Assembly: GCA_951406725.2 (NCBI GenBank)
Contig: OX597822.1
Location: 95,480,001 to 95,544,000, forward strand
DNA length: 64,000 nt
Reading direction: 5' to 3'
From: Octopus vulgaris
Lineage: Eukaryota
The notes beneath the pieces were generated by a model. The model saw only the letters and a list, made by a program, of their open reading frames with translations. It was not told the origin of the DNA and did no database searches. The position numbers and the translations under genes are program-made. Below, piece after piece: positions 26,257-39,813 of this stretch; position 1 is the first letter of the stretch, and every line of letters begins with the position of its first letter.

Positions 26257-26302
26257 CCTGAATACATGCATGTTTCTGGGTATTGCCCGTCGTCAGTCCA
26301 GG
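26257..26302 (-). ncRNA. Type I minimal hammerhead ribozyme motif
   Basis: Reverse strand cctgga-CTGACGA-cggg(caata)ccca-GAAA-catgcatg-TA-ttcagg. Stem I has 6 bp, stem III is palindromic, and the cleavage triplet is GUA. Confidence 0.82.
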
Positions 26303-27023
26303 GTAGCGTGTCTCCGCTAGCGGTGATACTTACCAAGCCTTTGCAAATATATCTATTGTAGTAGTAGCAATGGTTGTATTTGCATATGTGTGTATGAGCT
26401 TCTATGCCTACTCAGTAATTTATTTATGAATGTAGTTCTGTGAATGTGAAGCTATGATTAGTTATGTAGCATTAGGCGTTTTTCATTAACCATATTTCAT
26501 TAACTTTATTTAATTAACCATATTTCAACAATATTTTGAAAGTATAGAACAGGGTCGGTAACTCATAAATATTTCTTAAACAAATACGATGACAAATTAA
26601 CTGCTAACGAGGTCGCCAATCCCGCCCCTTTATTGCAAATATTATAGCTTCAATCATAAAATACCACTTCATCATCACCATCGTCGTTATCGTTGTCTTC
26701 GTTGATATCCCCGCCTACCACTACCACCACTATCTTCATCGTCATCATTATAACCATCACCGTCATCATTAACATTACTACCGTCACAACTATTATTGCC
26801 CGCCTGATCGTTATTGACATTTTCAATATTTTTATATTTGACAAAAAAAACAAAAAAAAAACAAAAACCGTAATGTTATGGCTTTCGTTGTTGATGATGT
26901 TGGAATTGATGGTGATGTTGTTGTTGTTGTTGTCGTCGTCGTCGTTTTCGTTGTGGATGTTGTATGATATTGTAAAATGAATTATTGCTGACATCGGGAT
27001 TACTGAATGGCTGGACAACATCA

Positions 27024-27100
<77 letters not shown>

Positions 27101-27782
27101 AACATCGAAAAATGCGGATGAGAATGATCGGTGGAAACGAAGAGCTGAAACGACAACAAACAACAACAGCAACATCAACAACAATACAACTAAAACAATA
27201 TTCTTTGTTTAATAACTACAAGAGCACGAAAGCACAGAATAAAACGTATTGAATGTTAAACAGGGTGGGATGGGAGGTATGAAATACGTGTGTGGATGAA
27301 GCGAACAAGTTATGGTAAGAGAAGGAAAGAGGTGAAAGATCTCATAAAGGGGCCAAGTTAAAAATTTATAAATGCACACAAATAATTACGCAGAATGAAT
27401 ACAAAAAAATGTTTAAAATATAAAGTCATTAAAATAAAATATAAAATATCCTGAAGACCACTTGCGTTAATTCTGCGAACCTCACTGCCCCGTTTACAAC
27501 CAAAATCATGCAATGAAACAGAATGCATTAAGTAACTACAGATAATGAGATGGCCTAGAAGTAACAATGGATCACGTAGTCTCTAGCTACTCCTCTTCAC
27601 AGAGGGAGAATAAATACATCCACAGACAAAACAAGAGTTGTAATTTGTATGCTCTGGAGGCATACTTCAAATTACGTCATCAGTTGGTTTCAAAAACATG
27701 CGACTAAACTAAAACAATGAAGTAACACGAAAAATCATTAAAATATATATTATATCATGTTTTAATGATAATAATAATGTTA

Positions 27783-28305
27783 CTATCCTCTGGGACTTTC
27801 CAGTCAACATCGACAGAACGATCCAAGCTAATCTACCTGACATAGTCATTAAAGGCTATGCAGAAAAAAATTCCTGTAGACTAATAGATGTAAGTTTTCC
27901 TACTGATAAAAATATATCTGTGATGGAATTTGACAAATTAAGTAAATATAAGGGCCTGGAAATTGAAATACAAAAGATGTAGCATCTTAAAGGGAGAACT
28001 GTTATTGTGGGTGCCCTAAGTATGATAAGAAAGGAATGCCAGAAACAACCAGATAATATCACAGGAGAAGCATGTCTCAAAGAAATCCAAAAGATTGTGC
28101 TGACAAGTAATGCTCACATCCTTAGAAAAACCATATCAATTTAAATGCATGTGCTGCTTTACATGAAGATATTTCGCTACTGTTCTTGTCACTTCCTCTC
28201 CCCAATTTTTCAGTCATACTGCAACATCTCTTATCCTTCACTCGCCCAAGGACGCTGGGTGTGCCTCGGCGAGTGATTGTAACAAACATGCAAATTAAAA
28301 GTAAA
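27783..28305 (+). mobile_element. R4/Dong LINE 3' end
   Basis: ILWDFPVNIDRTIQANLPDIVIK...KLSKYKGLEIEIQKM...IQKIVLTSNAHILRK, followed by (TAA/CAA)n. Confidence 0.88.
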
Positions 28306-28348
28306 TAATGATGATAACAACAACAACAACAACAACAACAAAAACAAC

Positions 28349-28404
<56 letters not shown>

Positions 28405-28427
28405 TAATAATAATTGTACATGATAAC

Positions 28428-28916
28428 ACTGATTGGAAGTGTTATCATGTACATTGTTTTGTCTTGGTATAAGAGATGGGCAACAGCAAATATTCTGCTT
28501 AATACCACAGATTTGCTTGTCAGTTGTTTGACCTAAACCAGTTGAGCATGTCCCTTAGTGGCTGACAATATGTGCCTCTCTGATCACGAGCAGAAGTAGT
28601 GGGGAGCATCATAGCCATGTGTTGAGAGGGATTATTTGGGGTTTGAATAATTCACCTCTGGAAACATCCTTAAACAACCCTTATTCAGGGACCTTTTGAG
28701 CGGGATGGGCTACTCAACCTGAAGAAAATTCTAACTGGGCCCCACCTGCAAGGTCATGCGCTGTTTATCTTGATACAAGATCACCATGTCGCACACATAT
28801 GGTTGTGATGCATGTGCCTGGTGTACCCTTATCAGACGGGTAGTCATGATGGGTATATTGGGCTTCGTATATTTTACCCCAGTGTCACTTTGATGGCACA
28901 CACTGCTCTCTCACTC

Positions 28917-28917
<1 letters not shown>
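28428..28917 (+). mobile_element. Family F (TAA)n-embedded element
   Basis: Reverse complement of 12818-13348, with a (TAA)n tail. Confidence 0.85.
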
Positions 28918-28973
<56 letters not shown>

Positions 28974-28985
28974 TATGATAATAAG

Positions 28986-29037
<52 letters not shown>

Positions 29038-29038
<1 letters not shown>

Positions 29039-29261
29039 CTCTTTACTATCCACAAGGGGCTAAACACAGAGGGGACAAACAAGGACAAACAAAGGGATTA
29101 AGTCAATTACATCGACCCCAGTGCGTAACTGGTACTTAATTTATCGACCCCGAAAGGATGAAAGGCAAAGTCGACCGCGGCGGAATTTGAACTCAGAACC
29201 TAACGGCAGACGAAATACGGCTACGCATTTCGCCCGGCGTGCTAACGTTTCTGCCAGCTCA
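29038..29261 (-). mobile_element. SINE family C
   Basis: Homology to 14758-14989. Confidence 0.9.
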
Positions 29262-29451
29262 ATAATAATTATGACGATGATGATCCTGATATCGTTTATT
29301 TTGCCATCAGGACAATGGATGAGGGGACAATACGAAGACAGACACATGGAGTAGGGATTTACATAGAATGAAGCGACGAAAAGAAATAAAGACATAAGTA
29401 AAAATTATACACGATGCACAGTATAGGCAAAAGAAAAGAAGTGTGCATAAT

Positions 29452-29835
29452 GTTGGAAGCACTCCGTCGGTTACGACGATGAGGGTTCCGGTTGATCCGA
29501 TCAACGGAACAGCCTGCTCGTGAAATTAACGTGTAAGTGGCTGAGCACTCCACAGACACGTGTACCCTTAACGTAGTTCTCGGGGATATTCAGCGTGACA
29601 CAGAGAGCGACAAGGCCGGCCCTTTGAAATACAGGTACAACAGAAACAGGAAGTAAGAGTGAGAGAAAGTTGTGGTGAAAGAGTACAGCAGGGATCACCA
29701 CCATCCCTGTCGGAGCCTCGTGGAGCTTTAGGTGTTTTCGCTCAATAAACACTCACAACGCCCGGTCTGGGAATCGAAACCGCGATCCTACGACCGCGAG
29801 TCCGCTGCCCTAACCACTGGGCCATTGTGCCTCCT
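29452..29835 (-). mobile_element. SINE family A, full length
   Basis: TSD gtgtgcataat at 29441-29451 and 29836-29846. Near-identical to 760-1143. Confidence 0.93.
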
Positions 29836-29879
29836 GTGTGCATAATACACATTAGTAAAAAGAGAGCTGACAGTAATGT

Positions 29880-31230
29880 GATCCTCCTGATACAGGAGGA
29901 TCTCTAAGGCCAATTGAGGAACTCCGCCATCCATGGTATATTCCTGAAGACCAACGTTAAGTGCTTTCTCTAATTCCAGTTCCCTGATTCACGGGTAAAT
30001 ACTCAGAGCTGTGCCATCCACACTTGACATTGATTTCACTTTCACTCACTTCGTGGAAGTTGAAAAAGTCGATGAGGGATCAAGCAAAGAGGGATGTTTC
30101 AGTCCTCACACATTTCAACCTCGTCCATCAGACAAAATCTTTCACCTTAACCAGCAAACGGAGGGAGATTGCCTTATTGGCCCGATTAAAAAGAGGGCGG
30201 CAGACCAGCCATCACTATGGACTCAGCTGATTGCTGGATCTGTCCCATACGCAACAGCATCTGTTCGACATAGTTCAACAAGTCAGCAATCCCGGACTTT
30301 GAACGAATGCATGCTGAACGCTGTAGTCGCTCAGCTCGCATCTCAGACAATCCCATCTCATAGCACACCGTTGGCGCTCCTCCGTGGCACTGCTAGGCTA
30401 AAGACTTCTGATAATTATCTGCGATGGTGCCCGACTGGAACGTCGTCTGGAACAGAGTAGTTGCTTTCCTCGATACTCAAAGTCTCTCCGAAAACGTCGC
30501 CACACTTCCCAGCCATTAATACTCTATATATTACTAAAATGGAAAAATCATCGATCTCATTGTCCGACTGGTGGAGAGCGGTATGTGCCAGGACCTCTAG
30601 GTGCCAGGTGCCCAGTCTCAGACTTTCATTCATACAGGACTGCAGCTTTGTCAAAGAGACTAGTTGCAGAATGAAGTGTCTCATTAACGCTGTTTCACTC
30701 TCTCGGAATCGTTGTAGGTGGTGCAACGTTAGCATGTGTCTGCACATCAGCAGCCAAGGCATGCATCAGCCGTCACGTCACACAGAGAGTACTACCAGCA
30801 GACTGACGTCCTGACCAAAGGACGACGTCCTTTCCACAAGGAAATAAATAAAAGACGTTCCAACCTGATCGTGTGGCACCTGGAGCAAGGGACGATGGTC
30901 AGGCGATAATAACGGAAGCGATGTAGGATTCGTCACCACAGCTCGTCCTCTTGGGTATGGCTTCATCTCTACCAACTTCTGCGTGTGAGTGGTCACCATG
31001 TTCGTTACTCGTCCCAGTTTTTATCCATCTGGAGGTTGGAACCGCAGCACACCCCGTGCAGTTCCAGAATGTTTCGTGAAAGTCCCATTTTTCAATTGTT
31101 TTGTGAAAATCCTCGCATTTTCTTGAAGTCGTTAAAGAAGTCTGACTACATCTTTATCAATAGTCTATCTGACAACGTCAGGGATTTTGTGGAAATTTTC
31201 TGCTCTCAGAAGCACATCCATATCCACTTT
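29880..31230 (-). mobile_element. Decayed LINE remnant, probably an RTE-type AP-endonuclease region
   Basis: SLRLGTWHLEVLAHTALHQSDNEIDDF resembles the EN motif xAYAPT...E.D.FY. Many stops. Confidence 0.45.
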
Positions 31231-31239
31231 GACCACTGA

Positions 31240-32050
31240 CCTACTCCATTTCGGGACCAATTTCATGGTGAATGTATCACCCTATTCCTACAATATCATC
31301 CCTAAATAATGTATATTCAGTTCTGGGGCACGTTTGTAAGGGTCATTCTTTTCAGTCGTTTTCCTTGGGAGAATATTAAAATATGTTCCTCTGAGGAGCA
31401 AGTCAAAATCGTAATTGTTTTAGCTTCTTCAATATGGCATTTTGCGTTCCGTGAGACACACTCTTTTGCCTTTCTCATATGATATATATAACTGTGCACG
31501 GCTGGGGTTAGTATCTCGATGTTTGTAGTTTTGTGATAAAGGCATCTCCGACAACTAATCATCAGTAACCAAAGACAACCTCCAAATCTGAAGAGACTCC
31601 TAACAAAGACGAGATTCACATAAGGAAAGGAAATAATACGGGTAATAAAGTGTGGAGACCCTCGTTGTGAGACATATGAAATAATTGAAGAAGAAAAAAT
31701 CCAGAAAGACTTAAGAATGGAAAAGAACACAAAGTGAATTCATACGTGACTTGCGAAACAAAAAATTCTCATCTTCTGCATCACATGTACACAATGCAAT
31801 GAGAATTACATTGGGGAAGCAGGAACAAAACTAATCAGTCATGCATAAAGAATCATCTTCTTAGAAATGTCCCATGAAGTAAACATCTAGACATTTGTGC
31901 AAAAACAAATTAAATATTTACAAAATAAAATATGAAAAATGATTAACTACGAAAGCAAAAATGAAGAATATTTTATAAGAAATCTAAATCCGAGACTAAA
32001 CTGGAAATAATTAAAACTATTGCTAACTACAACTTTCTCTCTACGTATTA
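31240..32050. mobile_element. Penelope-like fragments (GIY-YIG on +, RT thumb on -)
   Basis: Plus strand: RQPPNLKRLLTK, KCGDPRC, LIFCITCTQCNENYIGEAG. Minus strand: LYHKTT and IFSQGKRLKR. Confidence 0.8.
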
Positions 32051-32226
32051 GTCCGGAAAACGTGGGTTTGAAAAGTTGGATAACGAAAACACTTACGCAC
32101 ATAATACATGCTAGACAAAATAATGACTATACGTAAACTTCTTCCACAGAAATTAGTGACGTCCTGTTGAATAAAATGTACTTTTAAATATCAAATAACC
32201 TTTTAAAAAATGTCATTTTTTCAAAA

Positions 32227-32325
<99 letters not shown>

Positions 32326-32365
32326 ACACATACACACACACACGCACATGTATATGTATATGTAT

Positions 32366-32600
32366 GGCGGAGAGCTGGCAGAAACGTTAGCACGCCGGGC
32401 GAAATGCGTGACCGCATTTCGTCTACTGTTACTTTCTGAGTTCAGATTCCGCCGAGGTTGACTTTGCCTTTCATCCTTTCGGGGTCGATTAAATAAGTAC
32501 CAGTTACGCACTGGGGGTCGATCTAATCGACTTAATCATCCCTTTGTCTGTCCTTGTTTGTCCCCCTCTATGTTTAGCCCCTTGTGGGTAATAAAGAAAT
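32366..32600 (+). mobile_element. SINE family C
   Basis: Full-length homology to other C copies. Confidence 0.92.
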
Positions 32601-32925
32601 ATATATGTATATGTATATGTATTTGTGTATGTATACGAGTAAGCACACAAATGCAAAACTAGGGGCAAAAATAGTACTCGAGAACCGGAGACAGAGTAAA
32701 ATACTTTCATTAAAGCAGAAAAAAAATCTTGCCTAATAGTTTGTGAAAACTTTTAAAAGCATATATTAGTTCGTTACGATAAGCCGTTTGTGTCTGAGGT
32801 ATGTGTCAACATATGTGACTATTAGTAGCACATAAAAAATATGTATTGTGTATAGTGAATAACATATATCTATCCCCGGATGGAGTACTTTTTCGTTGAT
32901 CCTATCTCCGCGAAACAGTTCATTA

Positions 32926-33376
32926 TCTATTATATAAAATCCGTTCTGTCTGTGTGTGTGTGTGTCTCCTAGGATCTCGGGCATCCACCATCCGATTGCG
33001 CTCAAATTTAATATGTAGATACCGACGGTATCAGGGCGTGTATAAGTCTTGACAAAATTACAAAAATCGATTCCATGTGAGAATGCGATCGATAAAGCCG
33101 TGGGAACGTGCATTTGTACGCGCAAGTACTTCAGCTGTTGCGATATACTTACTGGTACTTTAAACTCTTCGGTTGCATATTTGTGTGAATCAAATCGTTT
33201 TTCTTTGGAATAGAAAAATATCTATCTTTATTTCTTCTTTTGCTAGTGTCTCAAATTTAGGTTAAATCAGTGTTTCTCAAAGGGGAGGCCTATGGGACGG
33301 GCAAATTGTTTTGAGAAACTTTGGTTTAAATGTTTGACAATTCAGCACCGTCCATTGGACGGGGGGCGTTTTTCTC

Positions 33377-33377
<1 letters not shown>
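32926..33377 (+). mobile_element. Non-autonomous Helitron-like element
   Basis: 5' A|TCTATTATATAAA plus a (ctgt/gt) tract. 3' hairpin ccgtcc-att-ggacgg (33348-33362) followed by CTCG|T. Confidence 0.6.
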
Positions 33378-33430
<53 letters not shown>

Positions 33431-33435
33431 ATAAA

Positions 33436-34070
33436 TATTAGGGAATAAATCCAAATTTACAGGGAATAAATCCAAATTTACAGGGAAAAATCAGATTTAG
33501 GATTGAATCCAATTTTATAGTAAAATATTATGTAATATTAATTAGAGACAAAACCACTATTATGCAAATCAAACAAAGAAAGACTTAATCCAATACATAA
33601 AAAATTTTATATAAATTAAATAAAATTAAGTTATCCACTACAATTGTTTCTTGTCACTTCTAAGGACATTCATCAGGTGGTTTTCAGACCTAAAAATAAT
33701 CAATATTTTTAAGATATAAATTTGAAATGACTAAAAAATACAAATAATATAAATATAACTGGGACTTATATTTTCAACATAAAAGTAGGCGAAAAGAAGG
33801 TTCCACCCAAGCAAGATTCGATCTTATTGAAAATTTAAGCATTTAATCGGTTTCTCAAAAACAGCATCACCATAAGCAGATAATCTTTCCCGTTCAAACA
33901 CTATCTAATATCTTATAACGTTTGTAATTCCCCCGTTAAGTCTAAATGAGCTTAATCTGTTAAGATTAGCCAGATACACAAAATACTTTGAAACATTTCT
34001 TTACATTTGACTAAAATCCGCTCTGTCACCTCTGTTTTTGCTTCCACTACTCGTTGGCAACCCGCAACTT
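33436..34070 (-). mobile_element. AT-rich PLE-like terminal repeat next to (TA)n
   Basis: gggaataaatccaaa.ttaca.ggaaaaa start is shared with ~62605. Contains the hammerhead at 33635-33680. Confidence 0.6.
33635..33680 (-). ncRNA. Type I minimal hammerhead ribozyme motif
   Basis: Reverse strand ccac-CTGATGA-atgtc(cttagaagt)gacaa-GAAA-caattg-TA-gtgg, with one mismatch at the base of stem II. Confidence 0.8.
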
Positions 34071-34090
34071 GTTTTTACTTTTACACTGCC

Positions 34091-34161
<71 letters not shown>

Positions 34162-34179
34162 GTCTGTCTGTCTGTCTGC

Positions 34180-34235
<56 letters not shown>

Positions 34236-34857
34236 ACACACACACATGCACACGCGCGCGTGTGCACATACACACACACTCACACATACACACACACGTA
34301 ATTCAAAAGAAAAATTCTACGGAAGGGAAATTTCATAGTATATGGTTAACATTTTCACTCATATGTAGACCCAAATGAATATGTTCAAAGAAATACAGTC
34401 AAATTGCGTAACTGACCCGAAATGAGTAGAAAACCTGCGATGCCTGCAACTGCGTTCTTGCATCCTTTGATGTAGACTAGTTCTTCTATTATTTGAGGAA
34501 ATCTATACGTTCTTCAGAGAGTGGGATTGATCATGTACAAAGCTTTTCTCACTTTTTAACAAACTTCAAGTAGAGACATCGCTTCATTTTTAATACTTAT
34601 TTAACATCATGTTGCATACAATGGCTGATTGTAACCGAAAAAGGCTCAACATCCAATGAAAGATTCCACGAAGCAATGATGGGTTATATTAGTGGGGGTG
34701 GTAAGCTCTCTAAACATTAGGCGTGAGAGGCATCCGTAGTTGGCATATCTGTGCTAAAGAGTGTAGGCCCCTTGTAGGACTAAAAATCCACATGTATGCT
34801 GCTCATCTTTAAGGGTCAAATCAAACAAATCTTTGCTCAAAATCGTGTTGCAGCCAT

Positions 34858-34925
<68 letters not shown>

Positions 34926-34941
34926 TTTATACAGATACAAA

Positions 34942-34980
<39 letters not shown>

Positions 34981-35107
34981 CTTTTGAGAGTTTATCCAGA
35001 TACACGGACGTTTTGAAAACAGTTATTAATAATGTGAAACAAGTTTTTTTTTTAAATTATACATGGTAAACAATAGTTTTTCTACATTTTCTATAGTTGT
35101 ATATTTA

Positions 35108-35305
35108 AAGGCAGGGAGCTGGCAGAATCATTCGTACCCCGGGGAGAACTGCTTAGTGGTATTTCGTACGTCTTCACATTAAGAGTTCAAATTCCGCCGA
35201 GGTCAACTTTGCTTTGCATACTTTCGGAGGTGACAAAATAAATACGAGATGAGTACTGGTGTCTTCCCCACGAAGTTGCTGGCCTTGTGCCAAAATTTAA
35301 AACCT
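35108..35305 (+). mobile_element. Old SINE family C
   Basis: aaggcagggagctggcagaatc...gagttcaaattccgccgaggtcaacttt. Confidence 0.8.
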
Positions 35306-35336
35306 GTATTTGGAAGTTTAAAAAGATAATATTTTC

Positions 35337-35448
35337 ATAGACTTCCCAAGGAAGTACGCAAATGGTTCTTGTATTATCTTCTTTTTCTTTCTATAGACTT
35401 CCCAAGGAAGTACGCAAATGGTTCTTGTATTATCTTCTTTTTCTTTCT
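35337..35448. repeat. Perfect 56-bp tandem duplication
   Basis: atagacttcccaaggaagtacg...ttctttct is repeated exactly. Confidence 0.9.
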
Positions 35449-36971
35449 ATAGACTTGAAAATTATTCGGAGCCACTTGTCTGGACGATTTTGCTAACATT
35501 AGTTACTATAACAATATGACAGCAGGAAATGTGTCTGGCAAAAGAATAAACTACAGACAAATAAACAACCAACGAACCAAGCAAATAAATAATCAAATAC
35601 GCACACACACACACACCACACACACACACACATACACACACACGCAAAAAAAACAACTTTGATTTTCACTTGTGGATGGATGAAAATGTTTCTATATATT
35701 CCTAATGAGTAGCTTATGATAAATAATCTAGCATTTAAAATAAATGATCCGATAGAGAATATTGTCCGAGGATTAGTAAAAAAAAAATACAATAAATCTC
35801 AGTTGTAATCAATAAACAATGAGAGAAAGCGTTCGTCGAATATAGTTCTTTCTTTCTTAGACAGCGAAGAAACCACTTCGTAGTCAATCGATCAGCTAAA
35901 AACAGCGGCCGTGTCTCCCTCATTCACTCTCTGCCATTTCACATATGAAACATACATGTTAAATAATGAGATCTTGTTGAATTTCTACCAACAACTTGGA
36001 TTTTTTTCAAATTTTTACCTGATTATTTTTTAAAAAATGTAATGCATAGTGTAGTTTTGTGCACCGATGTTGAAAATCGCATTCATTTTTTATGAGTTAA
36101 CTTGCTGGGGCTGCCTGCTGGAGCCTAGCGGCAGGTATTTAAAGGGAAAAATTTGACAAGTCAGTCAGTCACCGGCTGACACTCGCTGACGATACATCGA
36201 AGAGGCCAGGGAACAGAAGAAAGAAGACATACACCCAACACCAGAGCTGAAGACACCCCCGAAAGGGGGGGGGCACGTCAAAACGGTAGAGGAGTAGGGG
36301 CCGAAACCGGACGTGGTTCCTCTTGATGATGTCTTGAGCTAACTGGATCCTATAAAGGAGCTGTTGTGGTAGCAGACCACGAAACACGGTTGTATTTTCC
36401 TTCCTAAGCGCTCAAAGCAATGTAATTTTAGCCAGTCGTATACCTAAATTGTTGTGAAAGCCATTCGTATACCTTAACTGTTGACAAAGTTTGGTGATGA
36501 AGAAAATATTTTTTATCACCTTTATTTTTAACCAATTCTTTCTCCAGTATCAAACTTTATAATGTTTTCATAAGGAAAGAGAAAGTACATTTAATATTGA
36601 ACTTTGGCACTCAGTAAATGTTCCGAGGGTTACGAGATGGGTAAAAGTTTATATCCGTGGAGATTGGCTAGAATTAAACCTTCTATCTTTTGTTTAGGAA
36701 AACGTGCTACATAACTTAGGTATAAATTTGTAGTTCTTAAATCACTTGCCAACATCTTAAATAAGAGACGCAAGTTTTAGATAATGTAGTCCTACCTATC
36801 GTCTAATTGTTAAGAGGTTCGTTTCACAACCAAGAATTGCCTGGTTCGATCTCACTGCAGGTCATTTTCTTCGACATGTGACTTTTGCCATAGCCTCAGA
36901 TTCACTCAAGCCTTGGCAGTGAAATTAGGTACACAGAAAAAGTGTATGGAACGTCGGTAAAAGGATTGGAC

Positions 36972-37235
36972 CTGTGGGTTTCAACCGGGGTCCGAACAGC
37001 CCTGAGGGATCCATATAAGATTTTGTTAAAATTTATGTGCAATAAATTGGTTAGGCCTAGATTTCTACGACACAAAATATTTTAGCACTGTTTTGAAATA
37101 CAATCCGAAATAATATCTAATTAGGAAAATAAGATAGAATTTTTTCCAACATCGACTGGTTATGGCGGGAGTGGGGTCCGTTGATTAAAATAGGAATCAA
37201 AGAGGTCCATAGCTAAAAATGGTTGAGAACCACTG
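36972..37235. mobile_element. hAT-type MITE
   Basis: TIRs ctgtgggtttcaacc / ggttgagaaccactg. 8-bp imperfect TSD gattggac / gattagag. Confidence 0.75.
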
Positions 37236-38233
37236 GATTAGAGGTTTAATTCAAAAGTTCAGCCTTGTCGCACTTATGCCACGCTGGTTCGGCTTAAGAA
37301 TTACGTTAAGGGAACGTGCGTCAGTTGTTGGAATAGTCCGTCCAGTAGATCCAACAACAGAGCTATGTTGCCCAAACAATGAACCCTCGTCGAAAATGAG
37401 CGAATCAATCGAATACACAATCGAGTGAGCACACACACATACATAATTTATAGTTGACTAAATGAAGCCAAGTCTATATACACTGCGTGCTATTTTCCTT
37501 GCGTGTATATAAGGATGAATGAATGAATGAATATATGAATATATAATCAGGTATGAATAAATATAGGTATGAATGCATATGCAACTATATATACATATGT
37601 GTGTGTGCGTGTGTGTATACACATATATGCAGATATTCATGCATATACGTATGTGGGCTGGCTTGTGTCAACACGCATATATTGTTTCAACATCTGTCGA
37701 CATTAATACGTGATATTGCAGTAAAATTTATTCACTCTCACTCTGTTTATCAGTTAATTGTGTTAGTTAATTGATATTTGTTGATTGTGTTTAATTCTAT
37801 TTTTGTCACTAATATCCATAGAATCATATTTAATGTTTAATTAAATTCATTTTATTTGAAACATTTATAAAAAGTAGAAAGCAAAACCAAGAAAAAAAGA
37901 AAAGAAAAATCCGAAGCAGTAGCAGTTAGATAAGCTACACCTGCAATAATAGCAGCAATAATAGAGGCAGAAGTTGGCTACAACGAAAATTGTATAGAAA
38001 GAGTGTAACTGTAAAGCCAACGCACGCAGTTTGATGTACAGTAACAACGCTATTGCTAGGACAGCCATATCTAAAACAAATACACGGATATCAAACAATA
38101 AAATCAAATAGGCGGCGAATTGGCTCAGGTGCCAGATAGAATGCTTTAACCTATCCGTTCCGAGTCCCTGCCCTCTGAGTTCAAATAACGCCGAAGAAAA
38201 CTTTGCCTTTCATCTTTGCGGTATATATATATA

Positions 38234-38513
38234 TCAGATGTTGCTACGCGTCGCTGGTCACAATGCGCTTCGCATTGATTTAGACTTCAAATGATGCCAC
38301 CCCGCTGGTTAAGCGAGTAGTCCAACAGAAGAAAGATTGATAGAAAGGTGTGGCGAAAGAGTACAGCAGGAATCGCTACCACCCCTTGCCGGAGATCCGT
38401 GGAGCTTTTAGGTGTTTTCGCTCAATAAACACTTACAACGCTCGGTCTGGAAATCGAAACTGCGATCCTACAACCGCGGGTCCGCTGCCCTAAATACTGG
38501 GCCATTGCGCCTC

Positions 38514-38514
<1 letters not shown>
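38234..38514 (-). mobile_element. SINE head A + tail E
   Basis: Reverse complement of 9137-9420; the 3' end abuts (TA)n. Confidence 0.88.
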
Positions 38515-38547
<33 letters not shown>

Positions 38548-38557
38548 AAATTTTACC

Positions 38558-38944
38558 AGGCAGAGGTGTAGATTTGTGGTAAGACGTTTGCTTACCAATC
38601 ACATGGTTCCAGGTTCAGTCCCATTGCATGGCACCTTGAGCAAGTGCTTTCCACTATAGCCTCGGGTCGACCAAACCTTGTGAGTGAATTTGATAGACGG
38701 AAACTGAAAGAAGCCTATTGTGTATGTGTGTGTGTTTGTGTCTGTGTTCGTCCCCCATGACTGACTGACAGCTGATGTTGCCGTGTTTACGTCCTATTAA
38801 CCTTGCGGTTCGGCAAAAGAGAATCGATATAAGTGCCAGACTTCAAAAATTAGTACTAGGGTGGATTCGTTCGACCAAATTTCTTGAAGGCGGTGTCCCA
38901 GCGTGGCCGCAATCTAATGACTGGAACTAGTGAAAGAATAAAAA
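38558..38944 (+). mobile_element. SINE family B, diverged
   Basis: Head, CORE-like motif and tail homology. Confidence 0.85.
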
Positions 38945-39580
38945 GCGGTATCACGACTATGATTATATGGGCCCAGAAGTTTTGCACTATTTGTTAACAG
39001 TTCTTTGTGTTCTGAGTTCAAATCCCACCATAATTTACTGGAGCTGTTGACTGAACCTTTTGTCTGATATGTATAAGACATAACACACAGGATGTTTCCG
39101 TGGCATTCACGCATCATATAAGATACTTATTCCCATTTTTTAAAAGCAATAGAGTAACTTGTGACTTATGAAAGGCAAGCTTTGTATTACTCAGACTTTA
39201 TGAAACAAGTGCTAACTAAATTCTAAAAATAAGCGTGGACATTTTGGACAAACTTCCGAAAATGCTTTTGACAGGAAAAGGACTAATCTTTCATCCGGTG
39301 CATAATCATCACCTGGCACGCGAATGATATTAGTGCACTCCACCCTGTTGCAAGAATTCGAACTATGTTTCCACTTAAAGGATACCTTCCTTCCTCCAAC
39401 CCAGCAGTCTCGGATATACTCTAACGGGACAAGCTTACTACTTCCCGGTAAAAAAGGGAGACTAAAAAATCGAAAAATGTGAGATCTTCATCAACGCGAT
39501 CATTTTGGTGCACTAAAAATTGCAACTAAATCACCCTTGAATCTCCTCCACTGAAATGCTATAGACAAGAAGAAAAAATG

Positions 39581-39813
39581 TATTTCTTTACTACCCACAA
39601 GGGGCCAAACACAGAGGGGACAAACAAGGACAGACAAACGGATTAAGTCGACTAGATCGATCCCAGTGCGCAACTGGTACTTAATTTATCGACCCCGAAA
39701 GGATGAAAGGCAAAGTCGACCTCGGCGGAATTTGAACTCAGAACGTAACGGCAGACGAAATACGGCTACGCATTTCGCCCGGCGTGCTAAGGTTTCTGCC
39801 AGCTTACCGCCTT
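39581..39813 (-). mobile_element. SINE family C
   Basis: TSD acaagaagaaaa at 39565-39576 and 39814-39825. Confidence 0.93.

Noticed and set aside
30011-30814. Plus-strand ORFs of 149 and 117 aa as host genes
   Set aside because: No recognisable domain. More likely antisense to a decayed LINE endonuclease region.
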